A stretch of DNA of 54,099 nucleotides, taken from positions 1-54,099 of IMG/VR virus record IMGVR_UViG_3300037502_000458. The stretch is one strand, 5' to 3'. The notes below the pieces were generated by a model. It saw nothing but the letters and a program-made list of their open reading frames with translations. It ran no database searches and had not been told where the DNA came from. Positions 18,345 to 27,980 of this stretch are shown piece by piece. Source of the DNA: a virus (taxonomy: Duplodnaviria > Caudoviricetes). The position numbers and the translations under genes were made by a program. Each line of letters begins with the position of its first letter. Position 1 is the first letter of the stretch.

Positions 18345-21300
18345 TTAAGCTCCTTTTGATTCAAGTACGGCGATTTTCGCCTCTAGGGTTTCAATACGGG
18401 CCATTGCTTCTTGCAGGGCGACAGCGGCTTTCATCAGCAGCACAGAGGTTTTGACTGACTTCGTGGTCGTGCCAAGGTCGTTGCCTTCAGCGTCGCGGTC
18501 TTGATGTTCATCTACCAGACCGGGAGAGGTAAGCTCGACTTCCTGCGCCACCACACCCAACTGGACAAGACCAGATGGATCGTCTTTCATCTTGAACTTG
18601 CGGAAGCGCAGAGCCTTGATGTCTGACCATTGTGAACCTGCGTCCACAATATCGGTTTTCATCTTAGCGTCAGAAATTGTTCCGTAAGAGCCGTTGGTGT
18701 TGGTTACATTACCAGAGTCGGCCACTAAGAAACGAGCCGCTCCGCCACCAATGTTGTAATACTGAATTGCGTTAAATGTTCCGTTTGTAGTGTTTCTTGA
18801 AACGTAAATTGACAATGCTGAGCTTGTATAAGAAGCATTAGTCGCTTGAACAATTACCGCATCGTTATTGGATGTGTTTTTAAGTTCGTGATATGCGCCT
18901 GTGCTGTTGTTATAACTCCCATCATCACTCGCCTTAAAGTACCCACCGCTGGTGATACGGGCGCGTTCGGTGCCGTCTTTCGTCCAAATCAAATTTCCGG
19001 ACGAGTCTACAGAGTTGTAGTAAGTAGCAACACTTGTGTACCGCAATCCGAGTTGGTTGCCAGAAGCATTTTCAAGAATTGCTCTTGCTCCGACCGCGTT
19101 ACTCGTTCCGCCAACCAACAAATTCCCATCGCTGGTGATACGGGCGCGTTCGGCATTCCCCCCTGCGGCAAAAATCAATGCTGATTCAGCACGAATACCA
19201 AAATTTCCTGCTCCCGCGCCGGTAACGATTCCTGCGCCATTCCCTATATAGCCTGAAACTGTTGTGGTGTTGTAATAGTAAGTTGTAAATAGAGACACGC
19301 TGTCAGTTGCAACGAATCGTGCGGGTTCATTTGTCGCTTTTACATGCAATCGCGCACCGGGGTTTGTTTCCCCCACCCCCAAATTCCCACTAGCATCCAG
19401 CGTCATGCTGTCTGCAAAGCCGTAGTTTCGCGCTTGGAAAATTAAGTTGGCAGTGTTGTTATCTGCGTTCAGTCGGCTGACAATTCTTGAGCCTGAGTAA
19501 CCGCCGCTTGAGTTGGTAATCTGAAACTGCAACCCTGCGCCGTAAGACGATGCGTATGCGCCAGTAGTGGTTACGCCAACTGTTACAACATTTTGGTCGC
19601 CAGTGTTAGTTGCGCCAGTGTTATATATCAGACCGCTTTGTCCAACAACATCAAGTCTTCTCGCTGGCGAAGTCGTCCCAATCCCGAGGTTGCCAGCGAT
19701 GTAGTTGTTCGCGCCGCCTTTAATGTATATGCCCCAGTTGGCGTTTGTCGTGGGACTGTTGATTCCGTAGAAGCTGTAAATGTCGTCAACATAGATGCCG
19801 TATTTTGTCAGCGCATAGGTATTGCCTGTTGCGTTTGTGCCGTCAAATGGCGCGGCAACGTAAAGTCCGTAACCAATTTGATTGCTACCACTGTTGGATG
19901 TCTTGTCAATAATTCTGAGGCCAAAACCTCCACCACCCCAGACGCCACCATTGGTGTTTGCTCCAACAGTAATAGTTGCGACAGATGAGTCATTTGGGTC
20001 GTTGGGGATAGATGCCACAAGAGCACCGACCGTTGGAGTGCCAACTGCTGAAAGTTTTGCAGTAGGCGCATTCGTCCCAATCCCAACATTCCCCGCAGAA
20101 GTCGTCACCAGCGTATCTACAGGCGTAGAGCCGTTAAAACTGATTGCCTGTGTAGATCCTGCTGTACCAGCACCTACTATGTTTAGTGTGCCGGTAGAGG
20201 TGATACGGGCGCGTTCAACAACACCCGTAGCTTGTGCGTTTGTTCCAAATGCTAAATAGCCGTCATAGTTTCCGGCTGTGCCGTTTGCTTTGCGGCCAAC
20301 AATTGAAGCATACTGGGCAATTTGCGTACTGTTGTAAAAGCCTCCTAGACTAATACCACCACCCAAGTCAATCGCCGCAGATGTGTCTGTGCTAAATGCT
20401 TGTATGGTTTGGTAGTTGCCCATAGTCGTACTTGCGGCACGGGCATCAATTCTTGATAAAGCACTAGTCGTCCCCACCCCCAAATTCCCACTAGCATCCA
20501 GCGTCATCGCCGACGCCGGAGCGCTACCACTAAACTGCACCGCATCCGTGCTGCCAGCAGTTCCTGCGCCCTTTACTCGGAATGTGCCATCGGAGGAGAT
20601 GCGGGCGCGTTCGGCGTTATTAGTACCAAAAATTAACGGATGATTAGTGGGTGTATAAATCCAACCAGTTGTAGCATCTGCATACATTTCAACTGCCGCC
20701 GCACCAGTTGCCACAACTCTAGAATTTGCAGTTCCAGAACCTTCTACTTGCAGTTTGGTTGAAGGCGAACTCGTCCCAATCCCAACCCGATCCGTAGATG
20801 CATCCGCAAAGATCAAGTTTGCGTCCGTATCGCCTTCAACTCGGAAGTCAACATTCGCCCCGTTTTCGTTGAATACAGCACCGCCGTTCGCAGTCAGGGC
20901 CGTAGAAATCGTAACCGCCCCGGTAGAGTCCGTCAGGACAATAGCGGCCGTACCATCCTTGGCCTTGATGTTCGTGACTTCTAGGTTTGTCAGATCAAGC
21001 GTTGTGACGTTAACGGTTCCATTGAAGGTTGTGGTCGTTCCGTTGCTAGATCCAATCGTGATTGTCGTTGTAGAACCGCTTACTCCACCTGTGCCGATGT
21101 TGATCGTCTTGGTGGTGGCGTTCTCCGTCGCACCTGAACCGATGTTTAGGGTATGAGCCTTCGTTGATTGGTCGAGGGTGATATTTCCAGTCTGAGAAGC
21201 TCCACCTACGGTAAAGGTTCCCGAGGTCTGAGACGTTCCCAGAGCAATGTTTTGGGTCGTAGCCGAGAACGTTACAGCATCAGAAGCCGTCAGAGTCGTT

Positions 21301-21911
21301 ATCGATAGACCAGAACTCCATTGCGGAGCCGATCCGGTAGAGGTAACAACTTGATTCGCCGTTCCGATGGACAGGAACGTCGTTGCTCCTGCTCCAGACT
21401 GATAAGGAACAGATCCAGCAGCACCACCAGCAAGATTCGTTGCAGTATTAACAGAGATCGCACTGGGAGCCGCCCACCCCGGAATACTTCCGTTGGACGT
21501 AAGAATATAAGTATTCAGTCCAATACCTAGTTTCGCCAGAGTATTGGAACCACTAGCGTAAAGAAGATCGCCGGTCGTCCACGAACTCTGTGCTGTACCA
21601 CCGAATGTGGCACCCAGAGCATTCGTCAGATTCAGCGTATTAATGGTTGCAGTGGTTCCGTTGAACGTAAAGTTCGCAGAACCTGCAAGAACACCTGCGT
21701 TGTTATATTGAACCTGCGTCGTAGAACCACCAATGGTTCCCGTTGCTTTGGTCGCTATGACCTGTACCGTTCCAGTGTTGTCCTTATAGAACAACTTGCC
21801 ATCAGTAATGTTGATAGCAAGCTCACCATCTAACAAATTGGTATTGACTGGAACCGCAGTCGTGGTAGTCGAATGGTAGAGCTGTATAGGAGTTGCGTTG
21901 GTCGCGGCCAT
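18345..21911 (-). CDS. tail fibre with C-terminal intramolecular chaperone (peptidase S74)
   Basis: DGELAINITDGKLFYKD N-terminus; GNVGIGT/ERARITS repeats; SDAKMKTDI...GVVAQEVE and coiled-coil end. Confidence 0.9.
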   Translation of the reverse strand: MAATNATPIQLYHSTTTTAVPVNTNLLDGELAINITDGKLFYKDNTGTVQVIATKATGTIGGSTTQVQYNNAGVLAGSANFTFNGTTATINTLNLTNALGATFGGTAQSSWTTGDLLYASGSNTLAKLGIGLNTYILTSNGSIPGWAAPSAISVNTATNLAGGAAGSVPYQSGAGATTFLSIGTANQVVTSTGSAPQWSSGLSITTLTASDAVTFSATTQNIALGTSQTSGTFTVGGASQTGNITLDQSTKAHTLNIGSGATENATTKTINIGTGGVSGSTTTITIGSSNGTTTTFNGTVNVTTLDLTNLEVTNIKAKDGTAAIVLTDSTGAVTISTALTANGGAVFNENGANVDFRVEGDTDANLIFADASTDRVGIGTSSPSTKLQVEGSGTANSRVVATGAAAVEMYADATTGWIYTPTNHPLIFGTNNAERARISSDGTFRVKGAGTAGSTDAVQFSGSAPASAMTLDASGNLGVGTTSALSRIDARAASTTMGNYQTIQAFSTDTSAAIDLGGGISLGGFYNSTQIAQYASIVGRKANGTAGNYDGYLAFGTNAQATGVVERARITSTGTLNIVGAGTAGSTQAISFNGSTPVDTLVTTSAGNVGIGTNAPTAKLSAVGTPTVGALVASIPNDPNDSSVATITVGANTNGGVWGGGGFGLRIIDKTSNSGSNQIGYGLYVAAPFDGTNATGNTYALTKYGIYVDDIYSFYGINSPTTNANWGIYIKGGANNYIAGNLGIGTTSPARRLDVVGQSGLIYNTGATNTGDQNVVTVGVTTTGAYASSYGAGLQFQITNSSGGYSGSRIVSRLNADNNTANLIFQARNYGFADSMTLDASGNLGVGETNPGARLHVKATNEPARFVATDSVSLFTTYYYNTTTVSGYIGNGAGIVTGAGAGNFGIRAESALIFAAGGNAERARITSDGNLLVGGTSNAVGARAILENASGNQLGLRYTSVATYYNSVDSSGNLIWTKDGTERARITSGGYFKASDDGSYNNSTGAYHELKNTSNNDAVIVQATNASYTSSALSIYVSRNTTNGTFNAIQYYNIGGGAARFLVADSGNVTNTNGSYGTISDAKMKTDIVDAGSQWSDIKALRFRKFKMKDDPSGLVQLGVVAQEVELTSPGLVDEHQDRDAEGNDLGTTTKSVKTSVLLMKAAVALQEAMARIETLEAKIAVLESKGA

Positions 21912-21920
21912 GTTTCTTCC

Positions 21921-24215
21921 TTAGAACGTTCCGCCAGAGATTCCACCCCACTCAGGAATGGTCGCACCGGCTTTCAAAACGTACCCTTGTTGTCCCTTTG
22001 TTAACTTGCTCAATGCTGTTGTCGTTGAGGCATACAAAATGTCCCCAACAGCATAACTGGTCTGCCCTGTGCCCCCGGTTATAGCAGTTACCGGGCTTGT
22101 CAGACTGAACTGCGTCCCTGAGAGCGTCAAACCAGTCCCAGCAGAATAAACCTGAGAAGATGAAAACTGTGTAAACGTTAAGTTAGTTGTGCCGATGATC
22201 AAGGGATTTGCGGTCGTTAAGACATACGACTCGCCTGCACCTGTACTTCCTTCTTGAACAAAGAAGTAATCCCCCTGACCCAAGCCTGTAGTGCTGTCAG
22301 GTCTAAAGGTGTCTGTATCCGTTGATCTCGTCAAAACCCAGTTTGTACCACCCGGATCCGGCGTTCCTACCGTCGTAACTGTATAAACACCATTCTCATA
22401 AGCGTTCGTCTGGTTATATACCAAGACTCTGTTAGTGACAGAAAGATTTACTCCATCAATCTGTAACGCCGCTTTAGTGCCTGCATTCGTTAGCGTCGCA
22501 CCAACACCTGCGTTTACCGTTCCTGAAATCGTCAACCCCGTACCGTCGGTCAGGGTCGTGATCTCTGGGCCGTTGTAGCTCAAGGAAAGAGTAACTTGAT
22601 TACCGGCAGGAACTGAGAACACATAGTACGCAGTGCCTGATGTAATCCCATTAGCAGTGGATGTAAAGACGATCTGGTCATTTACAGACAGACTCGGAGA
22701 CGTACTGAAGGTCAGGGTTTTATTACCGCTGATCGTTGTTACCGTTACCCCCGTTCCTCCGGGGGTATAGGTGGCATTCAAAGCAGTTGGAGTTTCTACT
22801 CTTACAGGAGTATGAATGTCAATCCCTGTAGATACAGCGTCGTCTACATACTGCTTTGTGGCTAACTGTAACGCACTTGTAGGAGGCTGAGTAACCGCTA
22901 CCGAGGTCAACCCACCCAACGTTAGAGAACTTGCCCCCAGAGAGATTGATGTCGTCCCAATCGTGACCGCACTGTTCTGAAGGGATGAATTCGGGATGTT
23001 GGACAAAGATAGAGCGTTAGAGCTTCCCAGAGCTACAGAAGCCGATCCCGAGATGCCACCAGAATAAGTAAACGAAATGGAAGAGTTCGTCAGCGAACCA
23101 TTCCCGATGTTTGACAACGTATTCGTTGAGCCACTAATTGACTTGTTAGTCAGTGTTTGTGACCCAGTAAGCGTAGCTACAGTCGAATCTATAGCTATCG
23201 TGACAGGGCTGGATCCGTTGTAACTTGTCCCCGATAATCCCGTTCCAATCGTTAGCGCATTCGGGTTGACAGCCGTTACCGTTACTGACCCGCCAAGGCT
23301 TACAGACAACCCGTTGATCGTAATCGAACTATTAGTGAGGCTTGCGTTAGCAATGTTTGACAGTGTGTTGTTAGAACCGCTGATAGTCTTGTTCGTAAGA
23401 ATCTGAGAACCCGTCAGCGTTACTACCGTCGAATCTATAGAGATAGTCCCTGTTGTAGTAATAGGCCCACCAGTAAGCCCCGTGCCCGTATTTATTAGGG
23501 TTACCGCGCCAAGAGGAAGGCTAGACCACGAACCATCTTCATAAACCTCAAAAGCGTTCAGATCGGTGTTGTACCTCAACCAACCGTCTTGTCCTGCCGG
23601 TCGTTGTGCTGTTGTTCCTTGCGGAACCCTAATACCAGCATTTCCGGGGATTACAGGGTTGTTAGCTATCGCAAAAACAGGATCTGCTAAACCTGTAGGA
23701 TTCGTAATCGTAATCTGATCGGTCGTGCCGTATAACGTCCTTGCGTTAACAGAACCCCCGCCAATTGAGAGCATCCCTGTAGAAGCAAGATTAGCAAGAC
23801 TTAAAACAGTCCCAGTCAGCTCTAACAACGGATTCCCAGCGACACCGTTTCCGTTCGTTATGTTTAAGCCAGAACCTACCGTGAACGTTCTCGCAACTAC
23901 GGTGCTGGAATCCGTCTTAGCAATAATGCCCGTCAGAGCGACTTCCAGACTCCCAGAGGCTCCGTTTAGGGTCAGTCTGTAATACGACTGCGCTCCGTTG
24001 TCCTGAAGCCCTAGACCTGTTCCTGTTGATAGATACCTGCTCTGAGGAAGGGTAGGTTCCTGAACAATCGTCAGAAAGGTCTGCTGAAGATTCGGGGCGT
24101 TAGCTATCGCTCCCGTGGTGGTTTGCCGAGTCTGCCCACCTTGGACAATTGCTACCGATTCCGTCCCGTTTAATGGCGTAGCCTGCGGGAGTTGTGTAAT
24201 CGTGACATTCGGCAT
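21921..24215 (-). CDS. tail fibre / tail structural protein
   Basis: GTTAQRP..LRYNTD, QTLTNK repeats, ATKQYVD, RVLVYNQT..ENGVY motifs. Confidence 0.8.
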   Translation of the reverse strand: MPNVTITQLPQATPLNGTESVAIVQGGQTRQTTTGAIANAPNLQQTFLTIVQEPTLPQSRYLSTGTGLGLQDNGAQSYYRLTLNGASGSLEVALTGIIAKTDSSTVVARTFTVGSGLNITNGNGVAGNPLLELTGTVLSLANLASTGMLSIGGGSVNARTLYGTTDQITITNPTGLADPVFAIANNPVIPGNAGIRVPQGTTAQRPAGQDGWLRYNTDLNAFEVYEDGSWSSLPLGAVTLINTGTGLTGGPITTTGTISIDSTVVTLTGSQILTNKTISGSNNTLSNIANASLTNSSITINGLSVSLGGSVTVTAVNPNALTIGTGLSGTSYNGSSPVTIAIDSTVATLTGSQTLTNKSISGSTNTLSNIGNGSLTNSSISFTYSGGISGSASVALGSSNALSLSNIPNSSLQNSAVTIGTTSISLGASSLTLGGLTSVAVTQPPTSALQLATKQYVDDAVSTGIDIHTPVRVETPTALNATYTPGGTGVTVTTISGNKTLTFSTSPSLSVNDQIVFTSTANGITSGTAYYVFSVPAGNQVTLSLSYNGPEITTLTDGTGLTISGTVNAGVGATLTNAGTKAALQIDGVNLSVTNRVLVYNQTNAYENGVYTVTTVGTPDPGGTNWVLTRSTDTDTFRPDSTTGLGQGDYFFVQEGSTGAGESYVLTTANPLIIGTTNLTFTQFSSSQVYSAGTGLTLSGTQFSLTSPVTAITGGTGQTSYAVGDILYASTTTALSKLTKGQQGYVLKAGATIPEWGGISGGTF

Positions 24216-24216
24216 T

Positions 24217-24558
24217 TTATGGCTGCGTGTTCAAACCATCGACGTTACCATCATCCTCGGGGGTCTGAGAACCTTCTTGTGTGGAGATCACATATCCTCC
24301 ATACCCCGTGGTGATTAGATTGTTCGGATCCACCGCTACACTGACATCCGGTCTTGGGAACCTAATCGTGATCCTCTCAGTCTTTCTAGCGGGAAGTCTG
24401 TAAGGATCAAAATCATCTGCACACCCCTGATCACATACCTGCAAACCCGGAAAGTTCGGGTCTGGTCTCATCACCGCGTGGGGTCTCTTGGCCTTGCAAC
24501 GATCACAAATTGCGATTGCAATGTCAGAGTACCCAAGCGTGTCAAGAAACTTAGGCAT
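24217..24558 (-). CDS. Cys-motif hypothetical protein
   Basis: ICDRC...VCDQGCADDFDP...RFPRPD. Confidence 0.7.
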   Translation of the reverse strand: MPKFLDTLGYSDIAIAICDRCKAKRPHAVMRPDPNFPGLQVCDQGCADDFDPYRLPARKTERITIRFPRPDVSVAVDPNNLITTGYGGYVISTQEGSQTPEDDGNVDGLNTQP

Positions 24559-24560
24559 GG

Positions 24561-25634
24561 TCAGCGGGTATATACCGAAATATTCGGCGCAAGCATCACA
24601 GGCGACTTGTCGCGCTCTTCATTCTCCGCAAGAGTCAGATACTTTTCTGCTTGGCCTTCAAGATACTGCGCCCTAGCAAGATCAACCCCCGGCAGTTCTA
24701 GAGCCATCTGGTGAGCCAGCATATTCTGAATTGCCAGATACCACCTTTGAGGGATTTCTAGCTCTCCTGACAAGGCTCCAACGTCCATGATTTGTCTGGA
24801 GTACCAAACAGTCATCTGAATAAATGGGTCAGAAGGAACCGGCCACAAGGTGATCTCTGCCTGTGGGATCGTCCTGTTGAACCAATACTGATACGGCTGG
24901 TTTGCAGTGAAGTTCTTGTTCGGCAAACTGGTGTAATCGTCCCGATTCAACCTAGCCATCGGGATTTCGGTTGAGTTGTTACCGAAAAACAGTTCCCTGA
25001 CACTGATCGTACCCCCTCCGGTCATCCTCATACGGTAATACTGCACCGTTTGACCGGGTTCAATGTCATGCCAGATCCATTCGTTGTTTACCCAAACCTC
25101 TGCACCGGGGTCATACAACGTATTCCAAGTAATTCCATCTGCGGAATACTCGTAAATGACCGAAAACGTGCCCGAAACACCCGGCAAAACACCAATAGAA
25201 CCTAAATAAACAGGGTTGTCAGTCCCGTAATCTACTGCAATGTTGCCGTTTGGCGCAGTTTGAGTGCAAAGTGTGTCAATGTTGCCGTCAAAAGCGTTCT
25301 CTACGACACCTCCGGCGCTACTGGTGTACCCCCCAGTGTCGTTAGGAGTCGGTCTGTTCATCTGCCGGTACATTACATTCAGTACGTCGTTACCTCCAAC
25401 TGGAAGTTTGTAGACATACTGATCGGCTTTCAGACCGTAAACCTTCTTCTCAATGGCCCAATACTGGATGCCAATGTTGATCAGGTTAGACAAAAGAAAA
25501 AACAGACTCTCTTTTGCACTGAGAATCTGTTCTGAGGTCAACTCTTCAGCCAACTTCCCACAACGCCTAGCGCCATGATCTATTAGCTTCTGAGTGCTAA
25601 TGACGGTTGTGCCGACTGTTCCTGAGTAGGACAT
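24561..25634 (-). CDS. head-tail adaptor-like protein with inserted beta-sandwich domain
   Basis: Adaptor-like ends (RLNRDDYTSLPNK, LWPVP, IPQRW); central NAFDGN...YSADGITW...YYRMR discoidin-like insert. Confidence 0.65.
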   Translation of the reverse strand: MSYSGTVGTTVISTQKLIDHGARRCGKLAEELTSEQILSAKESLFFLLSNLINIGIQYWAIEKKVYGLKADQYVYKLPVGGNDVLNVMYRQMNRPTPNDTGGYTSSAGGVVENAFDGNIDTLCTQTAPNGNIAVDYGTDNPVYLGSIGVLPGVSGTFSVIYEYSADGITWNTLYDPGAEVWVNNEWIWHDIEPGQTVQYYRMRMTGGGTISVRELFFGNNSTEIPMARLNRDDYTSLPNKNFTANQPYQYWFNRTIPQAEITLWPVPSDPFIQMTVWYSRQIMDVGALSGELEIPQRWYLAIQNMLAHQMALELPGVDLARAQYLEGQAEKYLTLAENEERDKSPVMLAPNISVYTR

Positions 25635-25637
25635 AGA

Positions 25638-26045
25638 TCACCAATTCGGGCAGTTCCACCGTTTCATCGAGGCTCTTGCTCTTGAACCCTTTTCACTGGC
25701 ACGAGCAATAGGACCCATTCTGGCACAAAACGAGTCTCTTCGCTTCCCACCTTCAGGCTGTGGAGGCTTCAGATTCGACCCGGTTTCTCGGTTGTACTTC
25801 TCGCGCCCCTTAGCCGTCAAACCTGCACCTTGCGAAGCCGGGAGCTTCTCTCCCCTGCCAATCGCCAAACTTGGACCGCCATCTTTCATGCGATCAGGAA
25901 GTTTTCCGTAACCCTTCTTGCCTACGTTTGACTCAGTGAACTCTTTGGCGACCGAGGGTTTAATCCCTACCTTCTTTGCAAAGGCGGGGTTGTTCTCCGC
26001 AGCCTTCATCAACCTGAATTGCGCCTTTGTCTTGGCGGGCATCAC
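25638..26045 (-). CDS. basic hypothetical protein
   Basis: GAGLTAKGR, RRDSFCARM, RWNC; one MKDGG motif. Confidence 0.7.
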   Translation of the reverse strand: MMPAKTKAQFRLMKAAENNPAFAKKVGIKPSVAKEFTESNVGKKGYGKLPDRMKDGGPSLAIGRGEKLPASQGAGLTAKGREKYNRETGSNLKPPQPEGGKRRDSFCARMGPIARASEKGSRARASMKRWNCPNW

Positions 26046-26827
26046 ACTTCACCATTATTCTTGATGTAAATACCCTCAAATGACGCTGTAACGTAAAAAC
26101 TGGACCCGTTTAATGCAATTGCTCTGGCTTCAATGTCACTCTTCTCGGGGATCGCCAAAGGAATCTCCCAGTCATACCGGAACGCTTCGGATGCCACAGT
26201 TACATCCGCAACATTTCGGAACACACCATTCAGCGGCCTGAAGAAAAATGACCCCAAAATAGTATGCGTGGTGTTATTGGATGACGCCGAAAACGTCCCG
26301 CCATATACATATAACGTATACCCCGCAGGGACCGTCCAAAGCGCCATTTGCGTCTGGTTAGCACCCAGCGTGATTACCGCATAAACCGTCGCAGGAACAC
26401 CGGCTGTTACTACCCCCGTCCCCACATACACCGTACCCGCCGCCGTACCACCAGAACCTGCCGTTGCAACATATGCACGAAATACTCGCAGATAAGAATT
26501 GACCGTATTGACCGCAGTCTGCCCGTTCAACTCTACGGTTTCGCTGATTTCGTTATAACTTGCATCTAAGCCCGAAACAACTACAGTCCTAGCCCCAGTC
26601 CCAGACGACGCATCATCTGTGCTGGAACTTGATACTTTCATCACCGTCGCCGCAGCAGGATACGCATACGCCCCGCCTTGACTCCAAATCGTCTCAGACG
26701 TTCCGTTGATGTCAGAATTTACGCCAAACTTGAATACAGTCTTATGCCCCTGTATCTGCGTCCGAGATACTTGAAGCTCAAAAGGCTCAAACCTGCCCTG
26801 CCGCGTGATTGAAGATATTGTGCTCAT
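26042..26827 (-). CDS. putative structural protein
   Basis: VSSSSTDD..GTGARTV..GLD, TVPAGYT, IPEKSDIE; located in virion module. Confidence 0.65.
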   Translation of the reverse strand: MSTISSITRQGRFEPFELQVSRTQIQGHKTVFKFGVNSDINGTSETIWSQGGAYAYPAAATVMKVSSSSTDDASSGTGARTVVVSGLDASYNEISETVELNGQTAVNTVNSYLRVFRAYVATAGSGGTAAGTVYVGTGVVTAGVPATVYAVITLGANQTQMALWTVPAGYTLYVYGGTFSASSNNTTHTILGSFFFRPLNGVFRNVADVTVASEAFRYDWEIPLAIPEKSDIEARAIALNGSSFYVTASFEGIYIKNNGEV

Positions 26828-26842
26828 GTCTGTCCTTAAATG

Positions 26843-26866
26843 AGACAGGGGCCGAAGCCCCCGTCT
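26843..26866 (-). terminator. hairpin with UUCG loop (terminator or processing site)
   Basis: AGACGGGGGC-TTCG-GCCCCTGTCT right after the stop; weak U tail. Confidence 0.55.
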
Positions 26867-27943
26867 TTAGCACACTTTGCCGCCGCGCTTCTTGGAAACC
26901 GTTACAGATTCTTTCGTCTCGGTCACAGTTTTAGGCTTCGTAAAATACTCCTTACCCTTCTGGTATAGCTCTTTCACTATACCAAGAGGATTCAGAGCAT
27001 CCTCGACGCCTCGACGCGCTTCTGCGGCTGTTGCTTGAGGATCTTTAACAGTCAGACGGTCTTGCTTGATTTGTTCGGCAGTAGAACCGCCGTCCTTCAT
27101 GCGACCGTACTTGCTGTAGACCTCATTACTATAAGCCTTCGCTTCCCGCATCGCAGTTGCATTCTCCGCTTTGTTCGCCCTTAGTAGACGAGCCTCAGCA
27201 GGAGTTACAGAGCCACCTTTTTTGAAAGTGCCTGACAACTGAGTAATGCTTACAGGAGCAGAGGGCTTCTTGCGGCCTTGGGGCATCGCTACAGGGGCAC
27301 CGCTATCAACAACTCCCCCCGTAGCGTAGGCTTTTTTTGCCATGCCACCTTTCTTGTAACCGCCAGCGTTAGCCTTGGCAACACCACCAGTCTTATAGCC
27401 ACCCGCATTGCCCATCTTCACCCCACCCGTTTTCGCGGGCGAATGATCAGGCTTTGCAGTGTCCATCTTGGTGTTGCGGTACTTGCCGCCTTGACCTTCC
27501 GTGTTAATGATGCCGCCGTCTTTATAACCGCCTTGGCCCATCACTACACCACCCGTTTTCAGACCCTTGTGAGCCTTACTAGCGGGCTTATCAGCGTGCT
27601 CTTTGAGGGCTTTCTCAGTCTTTGCCATCTTCATCATTTCTGACTTGTGCATAGACTTTGATTCGCCACCCTCTTTCATCATGCGACCCGCCATACCTAC
27701 CGGAGCAGCCGGAGCCGCAGCAGCAGGCATAGCCATCATCGCACGACGACGAGCAGCCATAGAAGGACGCCGAGGAGCCATGGCCGGAGCCATTCCACCA
27801 CGAGCAGGCATTGCAGGTTCTGCTGTGGTGGTCCCCATGCCGGGCATACCACCGGCTTGCATCTTCTTGACCTTGCCGCCCTTTTTGAGTTTTAGCTCAA
27901 TAGAAGGCTCGGTGGTCATCATCTTAACCATCGGCTTGAACAT
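26867..27943 (-). CDS. basic low-complexity protein with ~12 x-K-x-G-G motifs (putative internal head protein)
   Basis: K/M/G/A-rich; LKKGG, MKEGG, LKTGG, YKDGG, YKTGG, YKKGG, YATGG, FKKGG, MKDGG, KKRGG. Confidence 0.7.
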   Translation of the reverse strand: MFKPMVKMMTTEPSIELKLKKGGKVKKMQAGGMPGMGTTTAEPAMPARGGMAPAMAPRRPSMAARRRAMMAMPAAAAPAAPVGMAGRMMKEGGESKSMHKSEMMKMAKTEKALKEHADKPASKAHKGLKTGGVVMGQGGYKDGGIINTEGQGGKYRNTKMDTAKPDHSPAKTGGVKMGNAGGYKTGGVAKANAGGYKKGGMAKKAYATGGVVDSGAPVAMPQGRKKPSAPVSITQLSGTFKKGGSVTPAEARLLRANKAENATAMREAKAYSNEVYSKYGRMKDGGSTAEQIKQDRLTVKDPQATAAEARRGVEDALNPLGIVKELYQKGKEYFTKPKTVTETKESVTVSKKRGGKVC

Positions 27944-27958
27944 TTCTCGCTCCTTAAA

Positions 27959-27974
27959 CGGGGGTTTCCCCCCG
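27959..27974 (-). terminator. GC hairpin with GAAA loop
   Basis: CGGGGG-GAAA-CCCCCG-TTT in the intergenic gap. Confidence 0.5.
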
Positions 27975-27980
27975 AGTCAG

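Noticed and set aside
18345-21911. Diversity-generating retroelement TR/VR pair
   Set aside because: No RT; repeats are short and do not differ specifically at adenines
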